This document shows, piece by piece, positions 1 to 9,608 of a stretch of DNA of 64,000 nt. Made by a program: the position numbers and the translations under genes. The number at the start of each line of letters is the position of its first letter. Within the stretch, counting starts at the first letter, position 1. The stretch is from Alphaproteobacteria bacterium UBA6178 (GTDB lineage Bacteria > Pseudomonadota > Alphaproteobacteria > Rickettsiales > UBA3002). Below the pieces are notes generated by a model. It ran no database searches. It was not told where the DNA came from and was given only the letters and a program-made list of their open reading frames with translations. The stretch spans positions 19,221 through 83,220 of the forward strand of contig DITS01000001.1 of the NCBI GenBank assembly GCA_002422205.1, given 5' to 3'.

Positions 1-594
1 ATTTTGGGCACTGTGACGCGCCGCCGTGGCAATCGGCATGGCAGCAAACACCCGACGCGGGTATTCCGCTGCCCAGATCAGCGCCTGCATCCCGCCCATC
101 GACCCGCCGATCACAGCAAAAAGCTGCTCAATGCCCAGCCGGTTGATCAGCTCCAGCTGGGCGCGCACCATGTCATGCACGGTAATCACCGGAAAGCTCA
201 GCGCGTATGTCTCTCCGGTTTCGGGATCGACCGATTTTGGCCCCCACGAGCCCATGCAGCCGCCAATCACATTGGTGCAAATCACAAAATACCGCTCGGT
301 ATCCATGGGTTTACCCGGCCCGATCATGTCCTGCCACCAGCCTGGCTTGCCTGTCACCGGATGGGCGGAGGCGGCATATTGGTCACCGGTTAAGCCATGA
401 CATACCAGAATTGCATTCGATTTATCGGCGTTCAGCTCGCCATAAGTCTGAAATGCAATGGGAAAGCGCGTTATTCTGGCCCCGCAATCCAGCGCAAAGG
501 GCTCTTTGGGCGTAAGCTCGGTAATCTGGCCGATTTCCACCTCGCGGTGCGAGGGGCCAAAGGTAGCCGTTTGCGTGTAAGATGTGAGATTCAT
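1..594 (-). CDS. metX: homoserine O-acetyltransferase MetX, N-terminal 198 codons (gene runs off the window start)
   Basis: Absent from the ORF track because it is truncated by the window edge. Reverse-strand translation from the ATG at 594-592 gives [23 protein letters not shown]...[14 protein letters not shown]...[35 protein letters not shown]...[22 protein letters not shown]...[11 protein letters not shown], with the GGSMGG nucleophile elbow typical of MetX. Confidence 0.85.
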   Translation of the reverse strand, partial: MNLTSYTQTATFGPSHREVEIGQITELTPKEPFALDCGARITRFPIAFQTYGELNADKSNAILVCHGLTGDQYAASAHPVTGKPGWWQDMIGPGKPMDTERYFVICTNVIGGCMGSWGPKSVDPETGETYALSFPVITVHDMVRAQLELINRLGIEQLFAVIGGSMGGMQALIWAAEYPRRVFAAMPIATAARHSAQN

Positions 595-741
595 GGCTGT
601 ATTACTCAGTTGTATGGGGGCATTTGTCAATGTGATTTGCCACAACCGGTTGCTTTACGCGCATTAAAGCGGGCGCAAAACCATTTTAGCATTGCAAATG
701 GCGGCCAGTTTTGCATGATCGCCCTTACACAAGGATGTGCT

Positions 742-1608
742 ATGAAAACCGATCCCTCACTTAACCAGTTCCGCGAACGAATCGACGCGATTGACAATGA
801 CATCGTCGCGCTGCTGAAACGCCGCATCGATGTGGTCGCGCAAGTCGGCGCCCATAAGAAATCGCAAGGCGAGGAAGGCCTCTATGTCCGCCCGGGCCGT
901 GAAGGACAAATGCTGCGCCGCATTGTGGATGCCTTTCGTGGCACCGAATTTCATCCTGCAGCGGCAGGCATGATGTGGCGACAAATGATCGGCGCGTCGA
1001 TTCACCATGAATCACCGCTGCATATCAGCGTGCTGCACACCCCCAAAGAATCGCATCTGATGTGGCTGGCACGTGAATATTTTGGCAGCTTCGTTCCTTT
1101 CACCCTTGCCGCCACCGTCAACCGCGTGCTGGGCGATATCTCCGATAAGGGTAATAGCGACGCGCCCAATATCGGCGTGTTGCCGCTGCCTGCCAGCACC
1201 GACAATGCCAATTGGTGGCAGCTGATCGAGAATGATCAGGATGACACGCCCAAAATTTTTGCGCATTTGCCCCCCATCACCACGTCGCAAACGCCTAAAT
1301 CAGTGATTCCAGCATTAGCCGTGGCGCGCGTACGGCCCGAGCCCAGCGGCAATGACCAATCCTATTTCAGCTTCACGCTGGCCGATACAGTCAGCACCTC
1401 GCGCCTGCAAAGCGTGTTCAAAGAAGCGGGTCTTTCTGTCACTTTTTTGCATCTGGATAATGAGCCGCCGCGCCGCCGCCTGCTGGTACGTGTGGATGGC
1501 TTCTATGACAAACAATCCGATGAAATCGCCAAGGTGATGGATAAGCTGGGCGATGTGCTCGATCATTGCTTCTGGCTGGGCGCGCACCCTGCCCCGCTCG
1601 AGAGCTAA
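742..1608 (+). CDS. chorismate mutase family protein (AroQ-type CM domain plus prephenate-dehydratase-like C-terminal region)
   Basis: Internal ATG at 742 of ORF 397..1608. MKTDPSLNQFRERIDAIDNDIVALLKRRIDVVAQVGAHK is a CM_2 signature. The upstream 115 codons of the ORF read through the divergent metX promoter region and look non-coding. Confidence 0.7.
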   Translation: MKTDPSLNQFRERIDAIDNDIVALLKRRIDVVAQVGAHKKSQGEEGLYVRPGREGQMLRRIVDAFRGTEFHPAAAGMMWRQMIGASIHHESPLHISVLHTPKESHLMWLAREYFGSFVPFTLAATVNRVLGDISDKGNSDAPNIGVLPLPASTDNANWWQLIENDQDDTPKIFAHLPPITTSQTPKSVIPALAVARVRPEPSGNDQSYFSFTLADTVSTSRLQSVFKEAGLSVTFLHLDNEPPRRRLLVRVDGFYDKQSDEIAKVMDKLGDVLDHCFWLGAHPAPLES

Positions 1609-1611
1609 GCC

Positions 1612-2694
1612 ATGCCTGCCCCCAAGGCAAAGCCTTATATCAGCGCCATCACGCCCTATGTCGGCGGCAAAAGCAAAGCCGGAAACGCCACGCGTATCAT
1701 CAAACTCTCATCCAACGAAAACCCCTACGGCCCAAGCCCTGCTGCGCTGGCGGCCTATGCGCAGGCGGCTGATTCGCTGCATCGCTACCCCGAAGATGGC
1801 TGCGCCTCGCTGCGTGCTGCCATTGCTGCGCGGCATGGTTTCGATCCGGCACAGATTATTTGCGGTGTCGGCTCCGACGAGGTGCTGGGCATGTTGGTGC
1901 ATGCCTATGCCGGTGTCGGTGATGAGGTGGTTTTCTGCGAGCATGGATTTTTAATGTATCGCGTTTACAGCAATCAATATGGCGCCACGCCCGTCGCGGT
2001 GCCCGAGCGTCATTTGCGCAGTGATGTCGATGCGCTGCTTGCCGCCGTCACCGACAACACACGGCTGATGTTTATTGCCAACCCCAATAACCCCACCGGC
2101 AGCTATATCACGAAAGATGACATTGCCCGCCTGCGCGCGAACTTACGCGACGATATTATTTTAGTGCTCGACGGTGCCTATGCCGAATATATGGTGGCGG
2201 ATGATTATTCCGACGGGCGCGAGCTGGTGCTCAATACCAACACGGTGATTACCCGCACCTTCTCCAAAGTCTATGGCTTGCCAGCATTGCGCGTGGGCTG
2301 GGGCTATGGTCCGCCCCATATTATCGACACGCTCTACCGCGTGCGCGATCCGTTCAACATCAACCAGCCCGCCATTGCCGCCGCTATCGCCGCGCTGAAT
2401 GATATCGAATACACGCTGCAGCAAGTCGCGCTCAATAACGCTGAGCGCGAGCGGGTGCGCCGCGCCATCGAAGCAATGGGAGTGGCCACGCACCCCAGCG
2501 TGACCAATTTTATTTTGCTCGCCTTCGAATCCCCCAAGCAAGCCGCCGCTATTAACGCCGCGCTGCTGCAGCGTGGTATTATCATCCGCGAGGTGATCAA
2601 TTATGGCCTACCGCACTGCCTGCGCATGAGCATTGGCACCGCGTCGGAAAATGACGCGTTTCTTGCCGCGCTGGCAGAAAGCCTCGCCCTATGA
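1612..2694 (+). CDS. hisC: histidinol-phosphate / aromatic aminotransferase (class II)
   Basis: 360 aa. KLSSNENPYGPSP and FSKVYGLPALRVGW motifs. Starts 3 nt after the chorismate mutase stop. Confidence 0.9.
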   Translation: MPAPKAKPYISAITPYVGGKSKAGNATRIIKLSSNENPYGPSPAALAAYAQAADSLHRYPEDGCASLRAAIAARHGFDPAQIICGVGSDEVLGMLVHAYAGVGDEVVFCEHGFLMYRVYSNQYGATPVAVPERHLRSDVDALLAAVTDNTRLMFIANPNNPTGSYITKDDIARLRANLRDDIILVLDGAYAEYMVADDYSDGRELVLNTNTVITRTFSKVYGLPALRVGWGYGPPHIIDTLYRVRDPFNINQPAIAAAIAALNDIEYTLQQVALNNAERERVRRAIEAMGVATHPSVTNFILLAFESPKQAAAINAALLQRGIIIREVINYGLPHCLRMSIGTASENDAFLAALAESLAL

Positions 2695-3854
2695 GCCAAC
2701 CTCTGTTTGCGCATGTCGCTATCATCGGGCTGGGGCAAATGGGTGCCTCACTAGGGCTGGCGCTCAAAGCAGGGGACCGCGTGGCACATATCAGCGGCTA
2801 TGATCTGCACTCCGATCACAGCGCTACCGCGTTATCATTCGAGGCGATTGACCATCTGGCCGCCACCGCCGCCGACGCAGTGCAGGGCGCCGACCTGATT
2901 ATTTTATGTACGCCTGTAGGCACCTATGGTGCGATCATGGAAGCCATAGCCCCGCATCTCAAAGCCGGTGCGGTGCTGACCGATATCGGCTCGATCAAAT
3001 CGCAGGCGATTCGCGAGATTACCCCGCATTTGCCTGCGGGCGTGGTGTTTGTCCCCTCGCATCCGGTGGCGGGTAGCGAAAAGGTTGGCCCTTACCATGC
3101 GCATGCACAATTTTTTGCGCGGCATTTATTTTTGATTTGCCCGACGGATGAACTCGATGATGCGCTGGTAGAACGTATCGGGCAGCTATGGCAATCCACC
3201 GGCGCACGTGTCGATGTCATGCCCGCCGCACTCCATGATCAGCTTTACGCCTATATGTCGCACTTGCCGCAGCTGATGGCGTTTGCCGCCATGCCCGTGC
3301 TCGACGAAGCGGGGATGCGCCATGATACGGATGACGAGCATTTCCGCCGCTTCATTCGCATTGGCCGCTCCGATCCTGAGATGTGGCGCGATGTGTTTTT
3401 GCAAAATAGCAGCAATATTTTGCAGTCCGCCGAAAGCGTAAAGGCCATCATCCTGCATATACGCGACGAGTTGGCATCCGGTGCCACAAAAGCCGATGCG
3501 CAAGCACCCGATATCGCCATTCGCAACCAGCTAGCCAAGGCGGTATGGCCACGCCTGCTTGCCTCGTCGCTGATTGTATCGGTCACCTTGATGGAGCAGC
3601 AACTCGGTATGCCAATGGCGCGTTATGCGGCGGGCGGCTTCACCGATTTTACCTGTCCGATGACCGAATCGCCCGAGCCGGATATGGAGCTGGTGTCACA
3701 GCACGCGCCCTATATACTTTCATTGCTCGATGCCTATCTGGCGCAGCATCAACTGATTGTGTCCGCCATGGGTGCCCACGCGCAGGATGAGCTGCTTTCC
3801 ACCCTCGCCATCATGCAGGCCAGCGGCAAAAAACTGATTGCTACGCATCATTAA
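2691..3854 (+). CDS. tyrC: prephenate/arogenate (cyclohexadienyl) dehydrogenase
   Basis: 387 aa. N-terminal Rossmann fold VAIIGLGQMGASLGLALK and a SHPVAGSEK motif. ATGA overlap with hisC (2691-2694). Confidence 0.8.
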   Translation: MSQPLFAHVAIIGLGQMGASLGLALKAGDRVAHISGYDLHSDHSATALSFEAIDHLAATAADAVQGADLIILCTPVGTYGAIMEAIAPHLKAGAVLTDIGSIKSQAIREITPHLPAGVVFVPSHPVAGSEKVGPYHAHAQFFARHLFLICPTDELDDALVERIGQLWQSTGARVDVMPAALHDQLYAYMSHLPQLMAFAAMPVLDEAGMRHDTDDEHFRRFIRIGRSDPEMWRDVFLQNSSNILQSAESVKAIILHIRDELASGATKADAQAPDIAIRNQLAKAVWPRLLASSLIVSVTLMEQQLGMPMARYAAGGFTDFTCPMTESPEPDMELVSQHAPYILSLLDAYLAQHQLIVSAMGAHAQDELLSTLAIMQASGKKLIATHH

Positions 3855-3865
3855 ATAAATTTTTT

Positions 3866-4012
3866 GTCATACTGCGGGACGCGCAGCGTCAGCGCAGACT
3901 CTCACGCCGCCTCCTGAGATCCTGCGCTCTCGCGTTGCGAGCCGCAGGATGACAATTACTAAGAGAGGCTTCCTTCGCTCACCCTCACCGTCATTCCCGC
4001 GCAAGCGGGAAC
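3866..4012. repeat. intergenic repeat block: 88-bp element B (3866-3953) plus GTCAT hairpin H1 (3990-4012)
   Basis: B has the ends GTCATACTGCGG...CCGCAGGATGAC and is near-identical to 28052-28139. H1 is GTCATTCCCGCGCAAGCGGGAAC. The block lies between the convergent tyrC and HAD gene ends. Confidence 0.85.
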
Positions 4013-4018
4013 CCAGCC

Positions 4019-4681
4019 TTACTTAGCTAAGCCCACCGTCTTCAGCAATTCCATCAACGCCTGATGGTCGCGCACATGATGGGTGAAGGCATGGCCCAAA
4101 TACGCACCATCTTCCGTTTCCACATCACCATAGAGCACAGGTAGGCAACCGCTGCTATTGGCGCATTCCAAATCGACGATTGTATCGCCGATAAACCATA
4201 CATGCGCGCCTGCTTTCATACCGCTTTCTTTGAGTGCCAGCTCGACGGGTGCGCAATGGGGCTTATCGGCATGCGCATCATCGGCGCCCACAATCGCATC
4301 GAAATAATGGTCCCATCCCAGATTACTAATCTCGGTACGCAAGGTCTCGCCGCGCTTATTGCTCACCACCCCCACAAAGGCGTCGCTATCGCTCAGCATG
4401 CTCACCACATCAAGCGCACGCGGCAGCGGGTGCAAATGCGTCAGGTGAATGCTGCGGTAATAATCCTGATATTGTTTGGCGGCATCTTCCCATTTATCGC
4501 CAAACATCAGTGGAAACGCATCACGCATGGATTTTTTGACGTTGGCTTTGGTTTTCGCCAAATCCCATTCGGGGTGCTGCATAAAGCGCAGCGTATGGTT
4601 CAGCGCCTCATGAATAGTGGGCCAGGTGTCCACCAGCGTGTTATCCCAGTCAAATAAAATCGCTTTGGGTGTCAGGTTCAT
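4019..4681 (-). CDS. HAD-superfamily hydrolase (phosphoglycolate-phosphatase-like)
   Basis: 220 aa. Motif I is AILFDWDNTLVDT. A later GDTIVD resembles motif IV. Confidence 0.75.
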   Translation of the reverse strand: MNLTPKAILFDWDNTLVDTWPTIHEALNHTLRFMQHPEWDLAKTKANVKKSMRDAFPLMFGDKWEDAAKQYQDYYRSIHLTHLHPLPRALDVVSMLSDSDAFVGVVSNKRGETLRTEISNLGWDHYFDAIVGADDAHADKPHCAPVELALKESGMKAGAHVWFIGDTIVDLECANSSGCLPVLYGDVETEDGAYLGHAFTHHVRDHQALMELLKTVGLAK

Positions 4682-5553
4682 GCGGCGCGCCTTTGCTGTG
4701 CCTGTATTTGTGATTTCACATGTGCGTCAAACAGTGCCACCAGCTGGCTGGTAATCGTGCCCACCGCGCCATTGCCAATCACCTGTTCATCCACCTGCGT
4801 CACCGGTGTAATAAAGGCCGAGCAGCTGGTGATAAATGCCTCGCGCGCATCGCGGATATCGTCGAGCGTAAAGGCCTCTTCGCTTACCTTAATCCCATTG
4901 GCGCGGGCGAGTTGCAACGTCATATGGCGGCGCACCCCACCCAGTATCGCCTGCGTCGCGGGGTGGGTGCGCAGCACGCCATCCTTATCGACAATATAGG
5001 CATTCGACAGCGCGCCTTCGGTCACCACCCCGTCGCGCATCTGCCATGTTTCCTTTGCGCCTGCGCGATAGCTTTGCATGCGCGTGAGCATATTCGGCAG
5101 CAACGCAATCGCCTTAATATCGCAGCGCGTCCAGCGAATATCGGGCGCAGTAATCACGCGCACCCCTTCATCACGCTCGGTATCATTGCGGAATTTCGGC
5201 GGCATCAGTGCCATGGTCAGCACCGGTATCATGCTATCACTGAAAATATGGTTACGTGGTGCCACGCCACGGGTAATTTGTAAATAGACCACCCCATGAT
5301 TGCGTTGGTTACGGCGCATCAGTTCGCGCATTTTCATCACCAGCGCGGCACGGCTCAGCGGCATCGGAATTTCGAGCTGTTGCAACGAACGCTCCAGCCG
5401 GTCGAGATGCAGTTCAATATCGATCAGCGCGCCATTGATGGATGCAATGGCCTCATAAATCCCGTCAGCAAACTGATAGCCGCGATCTTCCATCGCCACC
5501 ATCGCCTGCGAGGCGGGGACATAACGGCCATTCACATATACAATCCGGCTCAT
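4678..5553 (-). CDS. class IV aminotransferase (D-amino-acid transaminase-like)
   Basis: 291 aa. EDRGYQFADGIYE and the fold-type IV layout are present. 4-nt overlap with the HAD gene. Confidence 0.75.
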   Translation of the reverse strand: MSRIVYVNGRYVPASQAMVAMEDRGYQFADGIYEAIASINGALIDIELHLDRLERSLQQLEIPMPLSRAALVMKMRELMRRNQRNHGVVYLQITRGVAPRNHIFSDSMIPVLTMALMPPKFRNDTERDEGVRVITAPDIRWTRCDIKAIALLPNMLTRMQSYRAGAKETWQMRDGVVTEGALSNAYIVDKDGVLRTHPATQAILGGVRRHMTLQLARANGIKVSEEAFTLDDIRDAREAFITSCSAFITPVTQVDEQVIGNGAVGTITSQLVALFDAHVKSQIQAQQRRAA

Positions 5554-6518
5554 GCCGCCCTCTTTTTTGTTTCGTTGGCCTGCGCGATATACCAGTGGAC
5601 CGTTTGTTCCAGCCCCTCATCCATTCGCTGCGGCGGACTCCAACCTAATAGTTGATGTGCCTTCGAAGTGTCAATGCGTAACGAGCGGCAGACGCTATCA
5701 TACAATCGCTCTTTGCCAACACAGACTGCAATACGGCTTAGCCAGCGAATCGGAATATAGAGCAGTTTTGTCGGTTTATGCATGTGTTTTGCAAGCTTTT
5801 TAACCAGATGCGGTGTCGAAACCGCCTCGCCATCGGCTACCAAAAACGTCTCATTCGCCGCCTGCGGATGGCTCAGGCAGCAGTCAATCAAATCGCATAA
5901 ATTGGTGACGGAGACAAAATCACGCTTGTTCTTCACACGGCCAAATGGCAAATATCGGCATTTATATACATTATGCATCAGCCGGTAAAAATTGGCCTTC
6001 ACCCCCGGCCCATAGACCAGCGGCGGGCGAATAATCACCACCTCCAGACCGGTGTCGGTTGCAATCTTGCGCAAGCGGTTTTCCGCCTGCCATTTCGAGC
6101 TGCTATAGGCATTAGACGGGTTCGGATCAGCCGCCTCGGTAAAGGGCTCGTCACTGTAATTGCCCAGCACGCCGATGGTGCTTAAAAACACCAGCCGTTT
6201 CACTCCGGCCTTAATAGCTTCATGCGCTAAATGCGTCGTGGCCTCAACATTGATGGTACGAAATTCACGATCAGGATCGGCGACTTTTTCATGCAACACA
6301 TGCACACGCGCTGCCGTATGCACCACCGCATCCACCCCTTGTAGCGCTTCGCTCCAATCGGTGTTTCCGTCTAGCTCGCCCACGCAAAAATCGCCTGCGG
6401 TGTCAGACTGACGCACAGCGTGCACCACCTCATGCCCGTGCTGCTGCAACATGCTGCACAGATTCGAGCCGACAAAACCATTAGCGCCTGTTACCAGAAT
6501 TTTCATATCCAGCGCCAT
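5550..6518 (-). CDS. NAD-dependent sugar epimerase/dehydratase (SDR family)
   Basis: 322 aa. KILVTGANGFVGSNL Rossmann fold and a YSSSK catalytic motif. Confidence 0.8.
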   Translation of the reverse strand: MALDMKILVTGANGFVGSNLCSMLQQHGHEVVHAVRQSDTAGDFCVGELDGNTDWSEALQGVDAVVHTAARVHVLHEKVADPDREFRTINVEATTHLAHEAIKAGVKRLVFLSTIGVLGNYSDEPFTEAADPNPSNAYSSSKWQAENRLRKIATDTGLEVVIIRPPLVYGPGVKANFYRLMHNVYKCRYLPFGRVKNKRDFVSVTNLCDLIDCCLSHPQAANETFLVADGEAVSTPHLVKKLAKHMHKPTKLLYIPIRWLSRIAVCVGKERLYDSVCRSLRIDTSKAHQLLGWSPPQRMDEGLEQTVHWYIAQANETKKRAA

Positions 6519-7294
6519 CCCCAGCTATTGAAATACACCCACATAGAATGCAGCATCACACGTAGCAGCCGCCAGCTTTTATGCGAACCGCGCGCCCAAT
6601 GATGGGTAATGCTCGCATTCGGATAATACACGCAGCGCGCAATCGCCGAGGTGCGGCGCGTAATATCGCAATCTTCCAGATACATGAAATAACGCGTATC
6701 AAATCCGCCCACACGGCGCAACACCTCGCTGCGAAACAGCATAAAACAGCCGCTGATAAAAGGCACATCAATGATTTTATCATAGCTCACATCGCGCATT
6801 TCATAGCGCGCCATTTTACGCTGCACATAAGGGTTTTTCTGTTGCACGCGTTTAGGCAAAAAGCGCCGCGCGAATAAATCAAACACGGTCGGCAAGCGTT
6901 TGTTGAGTGGTTGCAGTGAGCCATCGGCATTTTGCACTTTGGGTGCCAGTAAACCAATATCAGGATTGGCATCCATATAATCGGTCATGGCCTGAAGTGT
7001 GCCTTCATGAATCACCACATCGGGGTTTAAAATCAGGTGATAATCACTCGCGGGCGCTTTCGCAAAACCGATATTGTGGCCCGCGCCATAGCCTTTATTG
7101 GCACCCGCCTCTATCAGCGTTATCCCTTCAATCTGGCGCAATGCCTGCACATAATCGGCCCCAGAATCATTATCGATAATGCTAATGGCCACCGGTAATG
7201 GGGTGGATAGAAAACTTGCCACCGCTGCTCTCACCTGCTCAATCGGTGAGCGATAGGTGACAATGCATGCGGTGATGCGAAGGGTAGCGCTCAT
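6503..7294 (-). CDS. family 2 glycosyltransferase
   Basis: 263 aa. CIVTYRSP...IIDNDSGADY...GANKGYGAGHN...EDCDI, GT-A type motifs (DxD, ED). Confidence 0.8.
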   Translation of the reverse strand: MSATLRITACIVTYRSPIEQVRAAVASFLSTPLPVAISIIDNDSGADYVQALRQIEGITLIEAGANKGYGAGHNIGFAKAPASDYHLILNPDVVIHEGTLQAMTDYMDANPDIGLLAPKVQNADGSLQPLNKRLPTVFDLFARRFLPKRVQQKNPYVQRKMARYEMRDVSYDKIIDVPFISGCFMLFRSEVLRRVGGFDTRYFMYLEDCDITRRTSAIARCVYYPNASITHHWARGSHKSWRLLRVMLHSMWVYFNSWGWRWI

Positions 7295-7845
7295 GACCAG
7301 TGCGGTGGATTGGCTTTGTACTGCGCGAAGCTAATCAACCCTTCATCGCGCGCCGAAATGATGGGGTTATCAATGGGCCATGGCACATTCAACTCAGCGT
7401 CGTCATAGCGGATGCCGCCTTCACCGGCGGCGTTATACAGCCCGCTGCATTTATACAGCATATCCGCTGGCTCGTCACCCAGCACACAAAACCCATGTGC
7501 GAATCCGGCGGGAATCCAGAAAAGCAGCCCGTTACTGTCGGATAATTCAACGCCGTGATGCTGGCCGAATGTCGGGGAATCAGGGCGGATATCGACCGCC
7601 ACGTCCCATACGCGCCCGCGCGTGACACCGACCAATTTACCTTGCGGTGGCGTGTGCTGATAATGCAGCCCGCGCAAAATGCCGGGGGCTGAGCGCGAGT
7701 GATTATCCTGCACAAAATTCTCATTGATGCCCAGTGCCGCCAGCTTGCCCGCATGGTAACGCTCAACAAAAAAGCCCCGCGCATCGCCATGCACAGCGAG
7801 CTTGATCACTTTTAGCCCATCAATCGGTGTGGGGATTAATTCCAT
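7291..7845 (-). CDS. rmlC: dTDP-4-dehydrorhamnose 3,5-epimerase
   Basis: Start moved to the internal Met (MELIPTPIDGLKVIKL...) of ORF 7291..7893. GDARGFF, RGLHYQ and AHGF motifs are present. Confidence 0.9.
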   Translation of the reverse strand: MELIPTPIDGLKVIKLAVHGDARGFFVERYHAGKLAALGINENFVQDNHSRSAPGILRGLHYQHTPPQGKLVGVTRGRVWDVAVDIRPDSPTFGQHHGVELSDSNGLLFWIPAGFAHGFCVLGDEPADMLYKCSGLYNAAGEGGIRYDDAELNVPWPIDNPIISARDEGLISFAQYKANPPHWS

Positions 7846-8729
7846 CCGTTTTGCTCCTTCGCCTCCATGCAGGCACTCAACCCTTCGCGCCAATCGGGCA
7901 ATGCAATGCCAAATGTTTGTTTTAGTTTGTCGCAGGACAGGCGCGAATTCAGCGGGCGCGATGCAGGTGTAGGATATTCAATTGTCGCTATCGGCTCCAC
8001 CTGTTGGACTTTAATAGGCTGCCCGCGTTGTTGTGCCTGCTCAAAAATTGCCAGCGCGAATCCATGCCAGCTGGTTTCGCCGCCATTGCACATGTGATAC
8101 ACGCCAGCTGGAAAGGACTCCATCGCCATGGCCGCGTCCAGCGCCGCCACGCTCGCATCGGCTAAATGCTGCGCATAGCTTGGCGCGCCAATTTGATCGG
8201 CGACCACGCGCAATAATTCGCGCTCAGCTCCCAGCCGTAGCATGGTGTTCAAAAAATTCGTGCCCGTCGCATCATACACCCAACAAGTGCGGAATATCAG
8301 ATGCGCGCACCCGCTCGCGCGCACCGCTTCTTCGCCCGCCAGCTTGCTGCGGCCATAGGCATTTTGCGGGTTGACCGGCGCGGATTCCGTACGTGGCTCA
8401 TGCTCATCACCGGCATAGACATAATCGGTGGAATAATGCAGCAGCGGAATAGTGTGTTTGGCGCAATATTCCGCCATCACGCCGACGCTGGTTGCATTAA
8501 TAGTGGTGGCGAGCGCTTCTTCCTCCTCCGCTTTATCAACTGCCGTATAGGCGGCGGCATTGATAATCGCAGCGGGGGTGGGAAACATATTCAGCGTTTC
8601 ACGCACCTGATGGGCTTGCGATAAATCCAGCTCCTCGCGGGATAAAAAAACCGCGTCACGATTTGCCAGCGATGCCTGTAGCGCGTTACCTATCTGGCCC
8701 GTTGCACCGGTCACTAAAATACTACCCAT
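7836..8729 (-). CDS. rmlD: dTDP-4-dehydrorhamnose reductase
   Basis: 297 aa. ILVTGATGQIGNAL and STDYVYAG...YGRSK motifs. Confidence 0.9.
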   Translation of the reverse strand: MGSILVTGATGQIGNALQASLANRDAVFLSREELDLSQAHQVRETLNMFPTPAAIINAAAYTAVDKAEEEEALATTINATSVGVMAEYCAKHTIPLLHYSTDYVYAGDEHEPRTESAPVNPQNAYGRSKLAGEEAVRASGCAHLIFRTCWVYDATGTNFLNTMLRLGAERELLRVVADQIGAPSYAQHLADASVAALDAAMAMESFPAGVYHMCNGGETSWHGFALAIFEQAQQRGQPIKVQQVEPIATIEYPTPASRPLNSRLSCDKLKQTFGIALPDWREGLSACMEAKEQNGWN

Positions 8730-8731
8730 CG

Positions 8732-9607
8732 CTATTGCTCCATTTCGCGCAGGACGCTGCGAAGATAGGGAGCAAATGGATTTTTGCCAAAGCCATCGGC
8801 TAGCATTTCAAGTTGCTGCGCATTAATGAAGCCTTCACGCAGCGCGATCTCTTCGATACAGGCGATTTTCAGCCCCTGCCGCGCTTCGATCGTTTGCACA
8901 AAATGCGCGGCCTGCAACAACGAATCAAAGGTGCCGGTATCCAGCCATGCCACGCCGCGCCCCAGCCGCTCCACCTGCAAATTGCCCTGCGCCAGATAGG
9001 CTTTATTCACATCGGTGATTTCCAGCTCGCCACGCGCGGAGGGTTTCAGATTTTTGGCAATGTCGACCACCTGATTGTCATAAAAATACAGCCCTGTCAC
9101 TGCCCAGTTGGATTTGGGCTGTGCGGGTTTTTCTTCGAGCGAAGTCGCCTTGCCCGATTTGTCAAAGGCGACCACGCCATAGCGCTCCGGGTCATGCACA
9201 TGATAGGCAAACACCGTTGCACCGTTTGTACGCGCCGCTGCGATTTTGCAGGTCTCAGGAATCTGATGGCCAAAGAAAATATTATCCCCCAGCACCAGCG
9301 CCACGCTATCCTTGCCGATAAAGTCGGCACCCAAAATAAATGCCTGTGCAATCCCATCGGGAGAGGGTTGCTCGCAGTACGAAAATTTCACGCCGATGCG
9401 GCTACCGTCACCCAGCAGATTTTCAATCATCGGCAGATCACGCGGGGTGGAAATAATCAAAATATCGCGTATGCCCGCCTGCATCAGCGTGGCCACCGGA
9501 TAATAAATCATCGGCTTATCATAGACCGGTAAAATCTGTTTGGTGATCGAGTTGGTCAGCGGCGCCAGCCTTGTGCCTGCGCCGCCCGCTAAAATAATAC
9601 CCTTCAT
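8732..9607 (-). CDS. rmlA: glucose-1-phosphate thymidylyltransferase
   Basis: Start at the internal Met ([18 protein letters not shown]) of ORF 8732..9784. That ATG lies 1 nt after the rmlB stop codon. Confidence 0.92.
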   Translation of the reverse strand: MKGIILAGGAGTRLAPLTNSITKQILPVYDKPMIYYPVATLMQAGIRDILIISTPRDLPMIENLLGDGSRIGVKFSYCEQPSPDGIAQAFILGADFIGKDSVALVLGDNIFFGHQIPETCKIAAARTNGATVFAYHVHDPERYGVVAFDKSGKATSLEEKPAQPKSNWAVTGLYFYDNQVVDIAKNLKPSARGELEITDVNKAYLAQGNLQVERLGRGVAWLDTGTFDSLLQAAHFVQTIEARQGLKIACIEEIALREGFINAQQLEMLADGFGKNPFAPYLRSVLREMEQ

Positions 9608-9608
9608 C

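Noticed and set aside
4-515. Three + strand ORFs (4..393, 26..400, 207..515) at the window start
   Set aside because: They are antisense to a clearly recognisable metX reading frame on the minus strand ([10 protein letters not shown] motif). Their translations are R/H/P-rich with no motifs.
397-741. 115-codon N-terminal extension of the chorismate mutase ORF
   Set aside because: The extension crosses the metX start and the divergent promoter region. The CM domain begins right after the internal ATG at 742. Its sequence ([28 protein letters not shown]...) has no family resemblance.
595-741. SAM-II-type riboswitch in the metX leader
   Set aside because: The minus-strand leader has two small hairpins (CCATTT/AAATGG and GCTTTA/TAAAGC). 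It lacks the pseudoknot arrangement and the conserved AAAGCU tail that I recall for SAM-II. This was not checked with a covariance model.
6933-6948. Sigma-54-like sequence inside the GT2 gene (minus strand TGGCAC-CCAAA-GTGCA)
   Set aside because: It lies in the middle of a coding region, and -12 reads GTGC rather than TTGC. A match of this quality is roughly expected by chance once in a window of this size (rough estimate, not computed).
8813-9532. Long antisense ORFs opposite well-supported genes (8813..9532, 11404..12189, 27312..27923, 38993..39532, 49813..50505, 61748..62293 and many 60-170-aa ones)
   Set aside because: In each case the other strand encodes a protein with strong family signatures (rmlA, exbD/tonB, amtB, glmU, trkA, mscS). 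Long stop-free antisense frames are expected in GC-rich DNA, and these translations are low-complexity and R/H/G/A-rich.
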